Shown: positions 23,145 to 31,615 of the stretch, in pieces
How positions within the stretch are numbered: position 1 is the stretch's first letter
How the letters are laid out: every line of letters begins with the position of its first letter
Origin: an uncultured archaeon
GTDB taxonomy: Archaea > Iainarchaeota > Iainarchaeia > Iainarchaeales > Iainarchaeaceae
Assembly (NCBI GenBank): GCA_964577555.1
Contig: CAZNZM010000005.1
Coordinates: 13,773-45,772, forward strand
Direction of reading: 5' to 3'
Length of the DNA: 32,000 nt
The notes under the pieces: model-generated
Database searches by the model: none
The model's input: only the letters and a program-made list of their open reading frames with translations
Told to the model about the DNA's origin: nothing
Translations under genes and position numbers: made by a program

Positions 23145-26100
23145 TTATTCCATTTTTTTAGTAAAATATTCTGTATTCCATAAAAGTTCCATTTTTTGAT
23201 CCTCAACTTTAATGCAAACTTTCTCATCTTTAACCATGTTTAATAAATTTTGCAAATTATATTGTGTTCTTTTATAAGCTTTCATTTCGTCATTATTTAA
23301 CGAAACATCGCCGCGACCATCTGCTCTTCCGATTATATTATTTATTTTATTTATTTCTTTAGTTAGTATTGTACCTTCTTTAATGCATTTTACTGAAATA
23401 ACCGACCCAGTATCTTCTTGAACAACTTGTGCAGGCACATAAGCTAATGCTGAAAAAGTTTTGTTGAAAGGTTCGTTATCTGTGAACAATAACCCATAAT
23501 ATTTTTTATCATTAGTGCTCTCATCAGTATTACCTTTATCGCAAAGTTCATAACCATAAAATGGTCCATCTTTTGAATCAGCCAAATTTTTACTATTTTT
23601 TTCAATGTATTTTAGTTGGAAAGGCTCAGAGTTTCCATTATGCTTGAATTCATAGAAAACACCAGCAGGTTCTTCAGCTTGTTTAGTAATAGTCACTTCT
23701 ATCATTATAGGATTTGAAAGAGATGCACTAATAAGATCTTTTGAAATTGTCATTAATTTACCATTTTTTGTTGCTTCATAAGTTCTATTAATTGTTGTAC
23801 CTGCATTTCCACGTTGTTTGTAATTTTTGATTTGATAATTATCCTTGTCAAAGTTGTTTAAATAAATATTATTTACTCCATCACCGCTAAAAGAAGTTCC
23901 CCACTCAACTTTTCCATCAATTGGGATTTCAAACAAAACATTTTTTGAAAAACTCGTTTTATTGTCTTCATCTATTTTTTGCATTGTTCTGTCAATTTTC
24001 AGATAAACTTCAGCATTATAATCTGCTTTATTTTCCCATTTGTATTTTCCAATGCTTACGTTATAATCACCAGCATCCACATTTTTATCATTACTAGTGT
24101 TAAAAGTTAAATTGATTTCATAATATTGTTCTTTAAATTTTTCTTTAAATTCATTGTCATAGCTGTCCTTCATCAAGTACATTTTAGGTTCAATGTTTTC
24201 CTTGTAAAACTCAAAGAAATTTTTTATGCCATAATTACTGCTGACAATTCCTTTTTTCATCACCATTTCCTTGACTTTCTTGCTCATCTCTTTTTGATTG
24301 ATTGCAACTATTTTAAGCTTTCCATTATCAACTATGTTTTGTAATGCTTTTTTTAGATCGTCAATATTAATTTGATTATTATCACTAATACTAATGGTGT
24401 TGCAATTTTGAGTATTATTTTGAGTATTATTATTATTATTATTAATACAATTTACAATTTGTTCATGCGTTTTAATGTAACTTGTTAGCGGCGCATACCA
24501 AATTTTATTACTTCCCCCAATTGAAAAAGCGTTTTCGAATAAGTCGTTAAAATTAACACCGCTACTCAAATTTTTTACTTCCAAGTAAATTGCCAAACCA
24601 TTCATATCCTCATTTGAAATTTTAGTATTTGCTTCTTTAAGCACTTTTATTGTTTCATTCAAGATTGTTAGGTTATGTTGTTTATCAGTATTCGGTTTTT
24701 TTTGCAATAATTCTTCTAAACCTTCTTGCTTAAGCTTCATTATTTCAATCGCTTCGTCATTTTCATTCGTAAAAATTCCTTTTTCGTTTTGTTTCAGCAC
24801 ATACCTGAAAAGGTTTTCAGCTGTTTTATTAGCCGGATCTTCGCACTTGAAATTTGTTGCATTTTTTACACACTCACCAAATTTACTATCCGTTGTTGTT
24901 ATTTTTCCAGCAACTTCTTTGATTTTGTCAATCTTTTTTGTAATTGAAATAGTTGCTTGCACCGCGTCACAAAATATATTTCCTTTGCCAACGTCGCAAG
25001 TGTCTTCTTTGATTTCGTCTTTTCTCCAATCATACTTTATTTTTTCCAAACCGTATTTTTCAAATGCGGCTTCTCCTGTTTCTCCGCCGTTTTCACAAAT
25101 AGTAATCATGTATTCTTCCGGTGGTTTTCTGTCTTCTTTTTTATCATCAATTATTTCTTTTATATTGAATTTGACGTTGAGCCTTACAAGTTCTGATGAT
25201 GCTGTTATTGTTCTGCTTACTTTTGCAATTATGTCTTCATTTATTGTGGTTCCTGTTTTATTCCATTTTGAGGTGTCAAATGAAATTGCCAAATTGTGTT
25301 TTGGGTCTGTCGGGTCTGGCTGGATTTTCATTACAAGCCAGTTTTTTTGCCTGAAAACCATTTCTTGCGGGGAAAAATCGTGCAAGTAATCAGCCGTTCC
25401 GCACCCTTTTTCTTCGTCAATTATGAACAATCCTCCATTATCTTTTGTATAATATGTTCTATCTGTAGGCATGTTTCCTAGCCTTGTGAAATCAAGGGCT
25501 TGGTGGTTTATGCATTCGCTTGGCTTTTTTGCAGGACTTCCGAATGTTTCAAATTGTTCGTTAAGGCGTTCAGCGTACTCCAACGCGTTCCACAAATCCT
25601 GTACAATTATAGGGAATGCTATTTGTTGTTGCATTCCAAACGGATTTATGAATTTGACAATAAGGCTTGTTCTTGCTTGTATAGCATAATAACCAGAAGT
25701 CAAGAAATACCTCAAGTTTCCAATGTCTTTGAATATGTTTGGTCCGAACAATTCCGCTTTTGGCGCGTTGTTTCTGTATTTTTTGAGAGCCTTGACTATT
25801 TCAAAAGACAATACTTGGGTTACTTTGCCGTTTGGTTGTGTGAGGTATTCAGGGCCAAGGAATGTATAGCTTTCAATAAGTTCTCTTGCGCTTCCCGCGG
25901 ATTGATTGGCTGTCAAGTTGCTTTCATTCGCAACTCTGTATGGTTGTCCGTTTATCGGGTTATAATTCGGATATTGTCCAACTTGATAACCAAATCCAGT
26001 GTCTGCAGGATTGGCAATTGCCAAGCCAGGGAAAAATATTGTTGAAGTGCTTTCTTCAAGATAAACGCCTTCAGCATAGCAAGTATTTATCACTTTCAAT

Positions 26101-29100
26101 GTTACTGGCAAGCCAAAGTAATTGTTGAATGCAATTGTTCTGGCAGGATCAATTGATATGCAGTCCCTGTAATTTTTTGACCAAGGATTTGTCACATTGA
26201 CATACACCGTTTTTATTTTGTTTGTTTTTTGCGAACTGTTTGCCTGCCTTGCCTTGATGTCAAGCGCGTATCTACCAAAGAAATTTGAAGGCTCAACTAT
26301 TACATCTGATTCTTTGCCAGGTTCAATTGTAATCATCTTGTCTTTTACGGTTATGCCGGGCTGTGCATCAAAACTTATTTCTATTGGAGCTTGGCAACTG
26401 TTTCTTATTCTGAAGCCACCTGTTCCGCAACTCCAAGCCATCATAGCATTTGGCGAATAAGAAGCCATTCCAGAATAGAATGGCGCGCCAAAGTAAGAGT
26501 TAGGATAATATGCGTTGGAATAACCATACATTCCAAGGTCTCCATAAGTATTTGGTGTTGAAGGAGTTCCAAGATAGGGCGGTTGTCCGGTGCCATAGCC
26601 ATACCTTGAAGTCATTGGGTCAAAAGCACCATACCTTGAATTTGAATATTGCGAAAACCTGTTTCCGTAAAGCCCGAAACCAATGTTGTAAGGACAACTT
26701 TGAACTACAATATCCCTGTCCGTTAATGTTTCAATGCATTCGTTGATGTTATTAATGCTTATATTGACATTGATTTTTTGCAAAAGCTTTTGTTCGCCGG
26801 TTTGAGTAAAGTTTGATGCTTGCAATTCAATCCTTGCATTTGCCGTGCCACTAATTATATTGTCAGGCTTGAATTTGAAAGTAATTACTTGATCAGAGTC
26901 TTTTTCCAAAACATCAAAAACTTTTCTGAAAACCCCGTCTATTTTGCTTTCAAATCCATTATCAGTGCCGGCAGTGAACGAGCCAAAAATGTTTTGGTTG
27001 CCTGAAACAACTCTTGCAGAAATATTTCTAAGATTGACTTTTTTGCTTCCAGATTTGCAGTTATTAACCAAAGTCACTGCAAATTGGCTTGTTTCGCTTG
27101 GCGTTCCGCTTATTTTCCACTCTATTGGGTTTTTAAGGTTAGCGACAGGTGCAATCATAAAGCATCCTGTGTCATCCACTTCATCGCCAAACCCGATGTT
27201 GATTTCTATCGGAATTTGAGCAACCCATTTTTGTCCAAAAGCATCATTGCTTGCTGTAATGATTGCTGAACCAACTACTCTTGTAGGTTGTGTTATGTTA
27301 GAGCTTGTTGCAACAAGACTCAAGTTGCCAGACATTAGAATGTTGCTGTCTGGTTGAATTGATGCAGGCAAGTTTGGTTCAAACAATTTGATTTGAACAT
27401 AACCTTCAAGAGATTTGCTGAAATTTATTTTTTCAATTTGCAAAGGTATTTGAGTTATATTCAATATTTTTCCTTCAAAGTTTTTAGGTTCGGAATCGTC
27501 AATATTAATATTCAATTTGATTGTTTTTGGTTCTGTAACAATTATGTTCGACGAGGACTTCATTTCCAATTGTGCCTGCTTATAACCTGTCTTTTCCGCG
27601 CTTATAATTATGCTTGAACCCTCGGAAGGCGAAGACAAAGTATAAGAAAATACTCCTTCAAAATCAGTGTCTCCAGAAGCCACAACCTCATCATTTTTTC
27701 TTATGCTGACTTTTGCATTAGGAATTCCAGTGCCATCAGTATTACTGACTTTTACCAACAAATTATTGTTTATCAAAGGCACGATTATTTTTGGCAAAAC
27801 ATCGATATTCATTTGTCTTGCAGGCTGGACTTTTATAAAAATGGTTTTCTTGTATATTTCTGACGCATTGCTTCCCGAAACGCTTGATACTATCGACAAT
27901 TCAACAGGCAACGTTCCTTCCTTTTTAGTGGTGAATTCAATTGTTCCGAAAATGACAGAACCATAAGAAAGCTCTCCAACAGAAAGCTTCAATTCTGATC
28001 CATTAAGCCTGCCTTGTTTTTGTTCTCCAAGTGCAGTTTTTACATCATAAGAATTCATTACAAGCCCAGCTGTCTTGTCTTTCACAGAAATTTGAGTTGA
28101 ACCGAAAGGTGTTTTTGATATTGTTGAAATCTCAAAATTAAGTTTGTAACTGCTTTCAATTTGTGCATTATAAGACTCGGCAACATTTGAAGCAATTCCT
28201 TCCCTCAAATCTTCTATGGAATAAGAAGCGCAAAAATCTTCACTGCAAAGAGATGAAGGCCCTATTGAAAAAGACATTTTCAAAGAATTAGCATAAAGCC
28301 CTTGCTTTTGTGAGGTAGAACCGCTTGTGCCAAGCATTGAATCAACAGGCGCCCTTACAAACCCACTGCTTTTGCCTGCAGCCCTATACCATATTTCTCC
28401 AGAAGAACCAATTTTGGCTTCATCCCTTACTTGCACATCGGCTTCAATTTCATAAACCCCTCCTTTAATAGACTTGAATAAAGCGTTACCCCACTTTGCG
28501 TTTCCTGAAGTAAGATGCTGTAAATCAGTTGCTTGACCGACAGGCGGATTATAAGTAGTGCCTTTTAAAATTGAATTATACGCGCCTCTGATATCAGTTA
28601 TATATGCCACGTCTTTTTCCATTGAAGTGCTCGTATCCTTGCCAGTCCTAATATGCACTTCAACCTCGTCAAACACGGAATTTTTAGGCACAAAAAGCCT
28701 GAATTTGGCAGTATACTTTTGTCCAGGAGAAAGTGCTGAATCGCTTTCCGAAACTTTTTCATTTCCAGCATACAACCCATCAGGTTCTATGCCGAATGCA
28801 GAGACGCTTTTAAACAACACAACCCTTTTTTCAATTGAAACATCTTTTTGCATTTGAATCGGAATAGTCACATAATCCGAAAACCCAGAAGCTGAAACAG
28901 AGAGGAAAACTTTTTTATCAGCCCTCACAATTATTTCCTTCTTTCCATCAGAATCTGTTGTAGTTTCATCCAGAACTTCAAAACTGGATGCATCAACAGC
29001 CTTTACCATTGCACCTACAACAGGGCTTCCTTGTTCGTCAAAAACCCCAAAATTTATTTTGCCAGAACCAAGAGGAATTTTTATTTTCAAAATGTTTTGT

Positions 29101-30638
29101 TGCCTATTATTGACTCTTATAGTGTCACTGGTTTTTTCACCATAACCAGGCTTCACTGCATAAACATAATAATTTTCTTCTTCAACCCTTTCAAAAGTAG
29201 CCCTTCCATCAAGCCCTGTGACAAGTTCAGAGCCAACCTGCGCGCCATCAGAATTTTTTTTAAGCTTCAACCTGACATTCTCTATAGGCTTATCCTTTTC
29301 ATCAGTCACAACCACGAAAAGGCTTTGGCTGTTTTCAATAGTGGCTTGTTCAATTTGAACCGTGACAAAGTCGTTTGAAGGATTCATTTTCATTGAAGCA
29401 ATCAAATAACCAGCTTTATCAACATTAATATTATACTGCACATCCTCGCCAACACTGAACTCGACTTTTCCAGCTTCATCGGTTTGCTTTGAAGTAATCA
29501 CATTCTGTCCTTTTGAAAGACTTACAACCGCACCCTTAATTAATTCCCTTGTTTCCTTGTCCTGCACAACCAATTTTATTTTGCCGGCAACTGAATCATT
29601 CATTACCACTGCAATTGTCGTTGTAGAATTTGCCTTGACTTCTTGAACCACGTTTTGTTTCAAACCATCATACTCTCCATAATTGCCCTGCCTGTCAAAA
29701 GCAACAACATAATAATTCCCAACAGGCACATCACTGAAAGAAGCCGTGCCATTAGTGCTGGTTGACTTTTCCTCAATCAACGCTCCTTGAGTACCATTGC
29801 TTGCCCGAGAATAAAGCCTAACATCAATTCCAGCAATAGTTTCGCCTTTGTTGTTGGCAACAGTAACCAACACACTTCCCTTAGCCAAAGAACCTTTGCC
29901 TATCTCCATTTTCAAGTCATTATCAGATAAATAAATAGTTTCATTAGCAAGAACATAATCGCCCAAAACCTTTGCATTCAATTGCCCGCAATTATCAGGC
30001 ACATCAACTTCAACAATACCATTCCTTACAACTTCAGTAGAAGAAAAATCCTTATTCTCGACGCAAGAAAACTGCACTTGAACACTATCACCAAAAGCAC
30101 GCTGTGTCCCAGCCTCAAAAACACTAATAACCTTTGAAACAGTTTTTATTTCTCTTACAAGCTTAACCGAAACAGAACCTTTTTCATTCTCCAATTTTAT
30201 TGTTTCAGGCTTGTCAAGTTTATAACCCTGCTTTGACGCACTCACCTCAACATTCAAACCACGCGGCACAGAAAGCAAAACCACTCCCTTACTGTCAGTC
30301 TTTCCTGAAACTTCCTCACCATTAAATTTTCCAAAAACAACCGCGGCAGCAACAGGACTTCCTTGTTCATCAACAACACTAACACTCAATTCCCCATTGC
30401 CCGCAACAGCGCCAGAAACCAAAACAAAAAAACCAATCAGCAGCAAAGCCAAAAAAATCAAAAAAACAGGAAACGAAGGCACATTCTTTGATTCAATAAA
30501 ATCCACTACACTATAAACAGGCAAACCCTTTTCGTTCAACCAATCAAGAAAATCATAATACTTGTCTTCCAATTTCTCATAAAAACCCTTGTCAGAATCT
30601 GAAGGCGCCATCAAACCACTGCCAAATAACTTAATCAT
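23145..30638 (-). CDS. giant membrane-anchored surface protein, paralog g4 (2497 aa), the most divergent member
   Basis: This is a 7494-nt uninterrupted ORF with an ATG start and a TAA stop. It has a 55-aa conserved pre-TM segment (FYEKLEDKYYDFLDWLNEKGLPVY) followed by the helix FPVFLIFLALLLIGFFVLV. It carries beta-sandwich modules (for example LFVVVTDEKDKPIENVRLKL) and the blocks SGNAKWG, FCDAVQATI and CIKVEDQKMELLWNT. It lacks the central hydrophobic hairpin and instead has a Tyr/Gly-rich tract. The C-terminal third is Asn/Lys-rich. Confidence 0.95.
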   Translation of the reverse strand: MIKLFGSGLMAPSDSDKGFYEKLEDKYYDFLDWLNEKGLPVYSVVDFIESKNVPSFPVFLIFLALLLIGFFVLVSGAVAGNGELSVSVVDEQGSPVAAAVVFGKFNGEEVSGKTDSKGVVLLSVPRGLNVEVSASKQGYKLDKPETIKLENEKGSVSVKLVREIKTVSKVISVFEAGTQRAFGDSVQVQFSCVENKDFSSTEVVRNGIVEVDVPDNCGQLNAKVLGDYVLANETIYLSDNDLKMEIGKGSLAKGSVLVTVANNKGETIAGIDVRLYSRASNGTQGALIEEKSTSTNGTASFSDVPVGNYYVVAFDRQGNYGEYDGLKQNVVQEVKANSTTTIAVVMNDSVAGKIKLVVQDKETRELIKGAVVSLSKGQNVITSKQTDEAGKVEFSVGEDVQYNINVDKAGYLIASMKMNPSNDFVTVQIEQATIENSQSLFVVVTDEKDKPIENVRLKLKKNSDGAQVGSELVTGLDGRATFERVEEENYYVYAVKPGYGEKTSDTIRVNNRQQNILKIKIPLGSGKINFGVFDEQGSPVVGAMVKAVDASSFEVLDETTTDSDGKKEIIVRADKKVFLSVSASGFSDYVTIPIQMQKDVSIEKRVVLFKSVSAFGIEPDGLYAGNEKVSESDSALSPGQKYTAKFRLFVPKNSVFDEVEVHIRTGKDTSTSMEKDVAYITDIRGAYNSILKGTTYNPPVGQATDLQHLTSGNAKWGNALFKSIKGGVYEIEADVQVRDEAKIGSSGEIWYRAAGKSSGFVRAPVDSMLGTSGSTSQKQGLYANSLKMSFSIGPSSLCSEDFCASYSIEDLREGIASNVAESYNAQIESSYKLNFEISTISKTPFGSTQISVKDKTAGLVMNSYDVKTALGEQKQGRLNGSELKLSVGELSYGSVIFGTIEFTTKKEGTLPVELSIVSSVSGSNASEIYKKTIFIKVQPARQMNIDVLPKIIVPLINNNLLVKVSNTDGTGIPNAKVSIRKNDEVVASGDTDFEGVFSYTLSSPSEGSSIIISAEKTGYKQAQLEMKSSSNIIVTEPKTIKLNINIDDSEPKNFEGKILNITQIPLQIEKINFSKSLEGYVQIKLFEPNLPASIQPDSNILMSGNLSLVATSSNITQPTRVVGSAIITASNDAFGQKWVAQIPIEINIGFGDEVDDTGCFMIAPVANLKNPIEWKISGTPSETSQFAVTLVNNCKSGSKKVNLRNISARVVSGNQNIFGSFTAGTDNGFESKIDGVFRKVFDVLEKDSDQVITFKFKPDNIISGTANARIELQASNFTQTGEQKLLQKINVNISINNINECIETLTDRDIVVQSCPYNIGFGLYGNRFSQYSNSRYGAFDPMTSRYGYGTGQPPYLGTPSTPNTYGDLGMYGYSNAYYPNSYFGAPFYSGMASYSPNAMMAWSCGTGGFRIRNSCQAPIEISFDAQPGITVKDKMITIEPGKESDVIVEPSNFFGRYALDIKARQANSSQKTNKIKTVYVNVTNPWSKNYRDCISIDPARTIAFNNYFGLPVTLKVINTCYAEGVYLEESTSTIFFPGLAIANPADTGFGYQVGQYPNYNPINGQPYRVANESNLTANQSAGSARELIESYTFLGPEYLTQPNGKVTQVLSFEIVKALKKYRNNAPKAELFGPNIFKDIGNLRYFLTSGYYAIQARTSLIVKFINPFGMQQQIAFPIIVQDLWNALEYAERLNEQFETFGSPAKKPSECINHQALDFTRLGNMPTDRTYYTKDNGGLFIIDEEKGCGTADYLHDFSPQEMVFRQKNWLVMKIQPDPTDPKHNLAISFDTSKWNKTGTTINEDIIAKVSRTITASSELVRLNVKFNIKEIIDDKKEDRKPPEEYMITICENGGETGEAAFEKYGLEKIKYDWRKDEIKEDTCDVGKGNIFCDAVQATISITKKIDKIKEVAGKITTTDSKFGECVKNATNFKCEDPANKTAENLFRYVLKQNEKGIFTNENDEAIEIMKLKQEGLEELLQKKPNTDKQHNLTILNETIKVLKEANTKISNEDMNGLAIYLEVKNLSSGVNFNDLFENAFSIGGSNKIWYAPLTSYIKTHEQIVNCINNNNNNTQNNTQNCNTISISDNNQINIDDLKKALQNIVDNGKLKIVAINQKEMSKKVKEMVMKKGIVSSNYGIKNFFEFYKENIEPKMYLMKDSYDNEFKEKFKEQYYEINLTFNTSNDKNVDAGDYNVSIGKYKWENKADYNAEVYLKIDRTMQKIDEDNKTSFSKNVLFEIPIDGKVEWGTSFSGDGVNNIYLNNFDKDNYQIKNYKQRGNAGTTINRTYEATKNGKLMTISKDLISASLSNPIMIEVTITKQAEEPAGVFYEFKHNGNSEPFQLKYIEKNSKNLADSKDGPFYGYELCDKGNTDESTNDKKYYGLLFTDNEPFNKTFSALAYVPAQVVQEDTGSVISVKCIKEGTILTKEINKINNIIGRADGRGDVSLNNDEMKAYKRTQYNLQNLLNMVKDEKVCIKVEDQKMELLWNTEYFTKKME

Positions 30639-30661
30639 GAAACCCGATTAATATTATTTTC

Positions 30662-30669
30662 TATATAAT
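30662..30669 (-). promoter_or_regulatory. TATA-box-like element upstream of g4 (candidate archaeal promoter, leaderless or near-leaderless mRNA)
   Basis: The minus strand reads gATTATATAg, centred about 27 nt upstream of the ATG at 30638, and no SD-like motif lies before the ATG. AT-rich DNA makes chance matches likely. Confidence 0.35.
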
Positions 30670-30727
30670 CTAATTCAACTATCATTTAAAGCTTTTCCTT
30701 TTGTTCCGCCTTGCAAAAACAGTATCT

Positions 30728-30749
30728 AAAAATTAAATAAAAATTAAAT
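30728..30749. repeat. perfect tandem duplication of the 11-mer aaaaattaaat in the divergent intergenic region
   Basis: aaaaattaaat occurs at 30728..30738 and again at 30739..30749. Confidence 0.85.
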
Positions 30750-30831
30750 AACCTTGCTTGTTTTTGGCTTTGAATTTTTCCAAACAGTTTTTTACAACGC
30801 GCCTTGCTAGGTTTTTTCATAAAAAAAGAAA

Positions 30832-30840
30832 ATATTATAT
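30832..30840 (+). promoter_or_regulatory. TATA-box-like element with an upstream purine run (BRE-like) for the 30866 gene
   Basis: The sequence aaaaaaagaaa-ATATTATAT is centred about 30 nt upstream of the ATG at 30866. Confidence 0.35.
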
Positions 30841-30865
30841 TCTTTATCAACTCATTATTAAAATC

Positions 30866-31570
30866 ATGAAAAATATTTTCAGGCTTTTTCAAGTATTGCT
30901 TTTGCTTGTTTTGTTAGAGTCAAGCATTGGAATGGGAAATTATGGTTATTATAAAGATGGAGACGCAATAATTGTCATAGATAACTTTGACGATTCAGGA
31001 AATGCAGTATTTGAAAAAAGGGGTTATGACATTCTTTTAGACAAGGATATCAATCAAAATTCCAGGTCGGACGTTGAATTCAAGCTTAAAAAGGACAAAC
31101 AAGAAATTCCTTTATTTGTATTAAAATTAAAAAATGTTGAGAATACAGGGCCTTTTAATACTGCAAATTTTACATTTGAAATAGAAAATAAATTGAACAA
31201 TAAAAATATTCAATTAACTAGCCTTATGCAAGAATATGAATTAGTAAACAGTAGTAGTATTGTTGTAAAAGAAGATATTGATACAATTTTGCTTTTATTT
31301 TTTAGTTCTGGAACCAAAAATTTTGACAATGCTATTAAGCTTATTCTTTCGCTTATTCTTTCAGTTGATGAAGGAATTCGGTATGACGCAGAAATAGAAA
31401 AATTAGATGTTACAATTTCAGAAGCTTTAATAGATGCGCTTACATCACTATCATCACCTACACTACCTGTAAAGTCTAAACAATCTGACCAATCTGACAA
31501 TGCTTCACTTGATTTTGTTCTTGCAACACTTGACAAAAAACTTGTAAGCAATATATTTGAAACCAAATAA
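30866..31570 (+). CDS. hypothetical secreted or membrane-anchored protein (234 aa) with an N-terminal signal-peptide-like helix
   Basis: The track ORF begins at 30758, but its first 36 codons are basic low-complexity sequence lying in the intergenic region. The internal ATG at 30866 gives MKNIFRLFQVLLLLVLLESSIG, a typical signal or anchor sequence. A TATA-like ATATTATAT (30832..30840) preceded by a purine run lies about 30 nt upstream. A TAA stop is followed 6 nt later by a T8 run. I recognise no family. Confidence 0.6.
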   Translation: MKNIFRLFQVLLLLVLLESSIGMGNYGYYKDGDAIIVIDNFDDSGNAVFEKRGYDILLDKDINQNSRSDVEFKLKKDKQEIPLFVLKLKNVENTGPFNTANFTFEIENKLNNKNIQLTSLMQEYELVNSSSIVVKEDIDTILLLFFSSGTKNFDNAIKLILSLILSVDEGIRYDAEIEKLDVTISEALIDALTSLSSPTLPVKSKQSDQSDNASLDFVLATLDKKLVSNIFETK

Positions 31571-31576
31571 TAGTTA

Positions 31577-31584
31577 TTTTTTTT
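31577..31584 (+). terminator. oligo-T (T8) candidate terminator for the 30866..31570 gene
   Basis: The T8 run begins 6 nt after the TAA stop, with further T-runs behind it. Oligo-T tracts on the non-template strand are the known archaeal termination signal. Confidence 0.45.
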
Positions 31585-31615
31585 GAGACAAGTTTTTTCT
31601 TTTTTCGTCAAGAAA

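Noticed and set aside
862-30638. A diversity-generating retroelement, phase-variation cassette or mobile-element explanation for the array.
   Set aside because: The window contains no reverse transcriptase, recombinase, transposase or integrase ORF. I could see no long near-identical template/variable repeat pair by eye. The paralogs are deeply diverged at the DNA level apart from one 23-nt match. A computational repeat search would be needed to exclude short TR/VR pairs.
862-30638. Enzymatic or sorting motifs in the giants: HExxH, Ser-protease GDSGG/GTSMA, LPxTG-type or PGF-CTERM-type C-terminal anchors.
   Set aside because: I scanned the four translations by eye and found none. All four C-termini end in polar sequence with no terminal hydrophobic helix plus basic tail. 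Absence by eye is not proof, and profile searches are needed.
30686-30892. A 68-aa minus-strand ORF in the divergent intergenic region, and the 36 codons upstream of 30866 in the plus-strand track ORF (30758..30865).
   Set aside because: Both are basic low-complexity translations of AT-rich spacer DNA that contains the promoter-like elements. Neither has supporting start signals.
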